DNA of 58,984 nt, counting the filler, from Sphacelaria rigidula (Eukaryota), in the NCBI GenBank assembly GCA_964200075.2. It is 3 parts of 3 records of this genome, joined end to end, with 100 filler letters (N's around TTAATTAATTAA, not from the genome) between each part and the next. Parts side by side here need not be neighbours in the genome. Positions count along the whole stretch, not along the records: positions 39,400 to 58,984 come from CAXNAA020000642.1; 2 more parts are not named here. One strand, given 5' to 3'. Positions 58,192 to 58,984 of the stretch are shown here, one piece after another. Within the stretch, counting starts at the first letter, position 1. Every line of letters starts with the position of its first letter. The notes beneath the pieces are model-generated. The model was not told the origin of the DNA and made no database searches. It worked only from the letters and a program-made list of their open reading frames with translations. The position numbers and the translations under genes are program-made.

Positions 58192-58984
58192 GCAGCATTT
58201 CATTGGACTAGAACTCAAAACATTGGGGGGCATGCCTCCATAGCGGGGGAACAAGGAGGTCATGCGGGTTGTCGCTACTGCAGGCGGTTGATTTAGGGGC
58301 TCGAAAATACCGCTGTATGCTTTTGTGGAGGAAAACGAGAAGCCATCAGGATGTTTCTATTGAGAACGTCGGGAATTGGCAGCAGCAGTGGATGATCCCT
58401 GTTCGCGTCGCACAAAGTTGGTTGTAGTTCACGTGTTCCGTCAACAAAAATGGCAGTTGAAAGCGTCGATCTATTGCATCCGACATCGAGATCGCACGGG
58501 AAGAGTGTGGCTGCAGCGTGTTCAAGATAGGAGTGGGGGGTTATGATGACTTTAGAATAGCTCATTGAGCTGAAGTTGTGAATAAAAAGAACGCCTACTC
58601 CACCTAACGTGATCAAAGAGGGAGCAATTCACGATATGGATGTGTACTGCTTGACACATCATAGTGATTTCTGCCGCTTAACCGCCCTTCACGCCAGGTA
58701 GCGATAGTGGAAATCATTCGATGGAATACGTTGACGTTTATGGTGTGTGGACCATCGCCTTCTGGCTCGTACAGTACAAACACGTGGGTGTGTTGTCCGT
58801 TAACAGGGGATTCTTTAAAATGAGGTTGATCGATGAAATGAGGTTTGAGGAGGCTAGCCAGCATGCGACGAAAACCAGAGGGAAGTACAGTCCGTAAGTG
58901 CCTTCGATCGATACCGGGGGGGGGGGGGCGTACTCATTTTTTGCTTGCCTTCGTCGTTCGACTAGTGACCTTTCGAGACTGGGG

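Noticed and set aside
58293..58864. Helitron helicase or retroelement pol remnant
   Set aside because: Only a faint resemblance (DGTRELQ) with no run of diagnostic motifs.
1..58984. Most ORFs in the six-frame track as standalone genes
   Set aside because: They are short, overlapping and lack recognisable motifs; they are intronic or antisense shadows of real exons (e.g. 31600-32055 -, 56375-56974 -).

Overview
Eukaryotic, intron-rich DNA (roughly balanced GC, GT-AG introns of about 0.2-8 kb, many short transposon relics), most like a brown alga or related stramenopile; the taxon is an inference. The window is three contigs (1-19609, 19710-39299, 39400-58984) joined by artificial 100-nt N44-TTAATTAATTAA-N44 linkers, so neighbouring genes are probably unlinked. 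I reconstructed four partial + strand genes by hand from splice sites and reading-frame phase: (1) a CDPK-type kinase (14 exons) whose four EF-hands are all degenerate; (2) the 3' end of an E3 ligase ending in an MDM2-type C2H2C4 RING; (3) the 5' end of a myosin with a candidate 179-codon alternative exon in its 8.2-kb first intron; (4) a strongly diverged condensin CAP-D2/Cnd1-like HEAT protein (17 exons) with a charged low-complexity tail of about 600 aa. Non-coding DNA holds tRNA-derived SINEs, hAT-like and piggyBac-like MITEs, a duplicated fold-back palindrome, and a tandem repeat unit carrying a small unknown ORF with a synonymous-substitution bias. All family assignments come from motif recall, not database searches. 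Most ORFs in the six-frame track are spurious.
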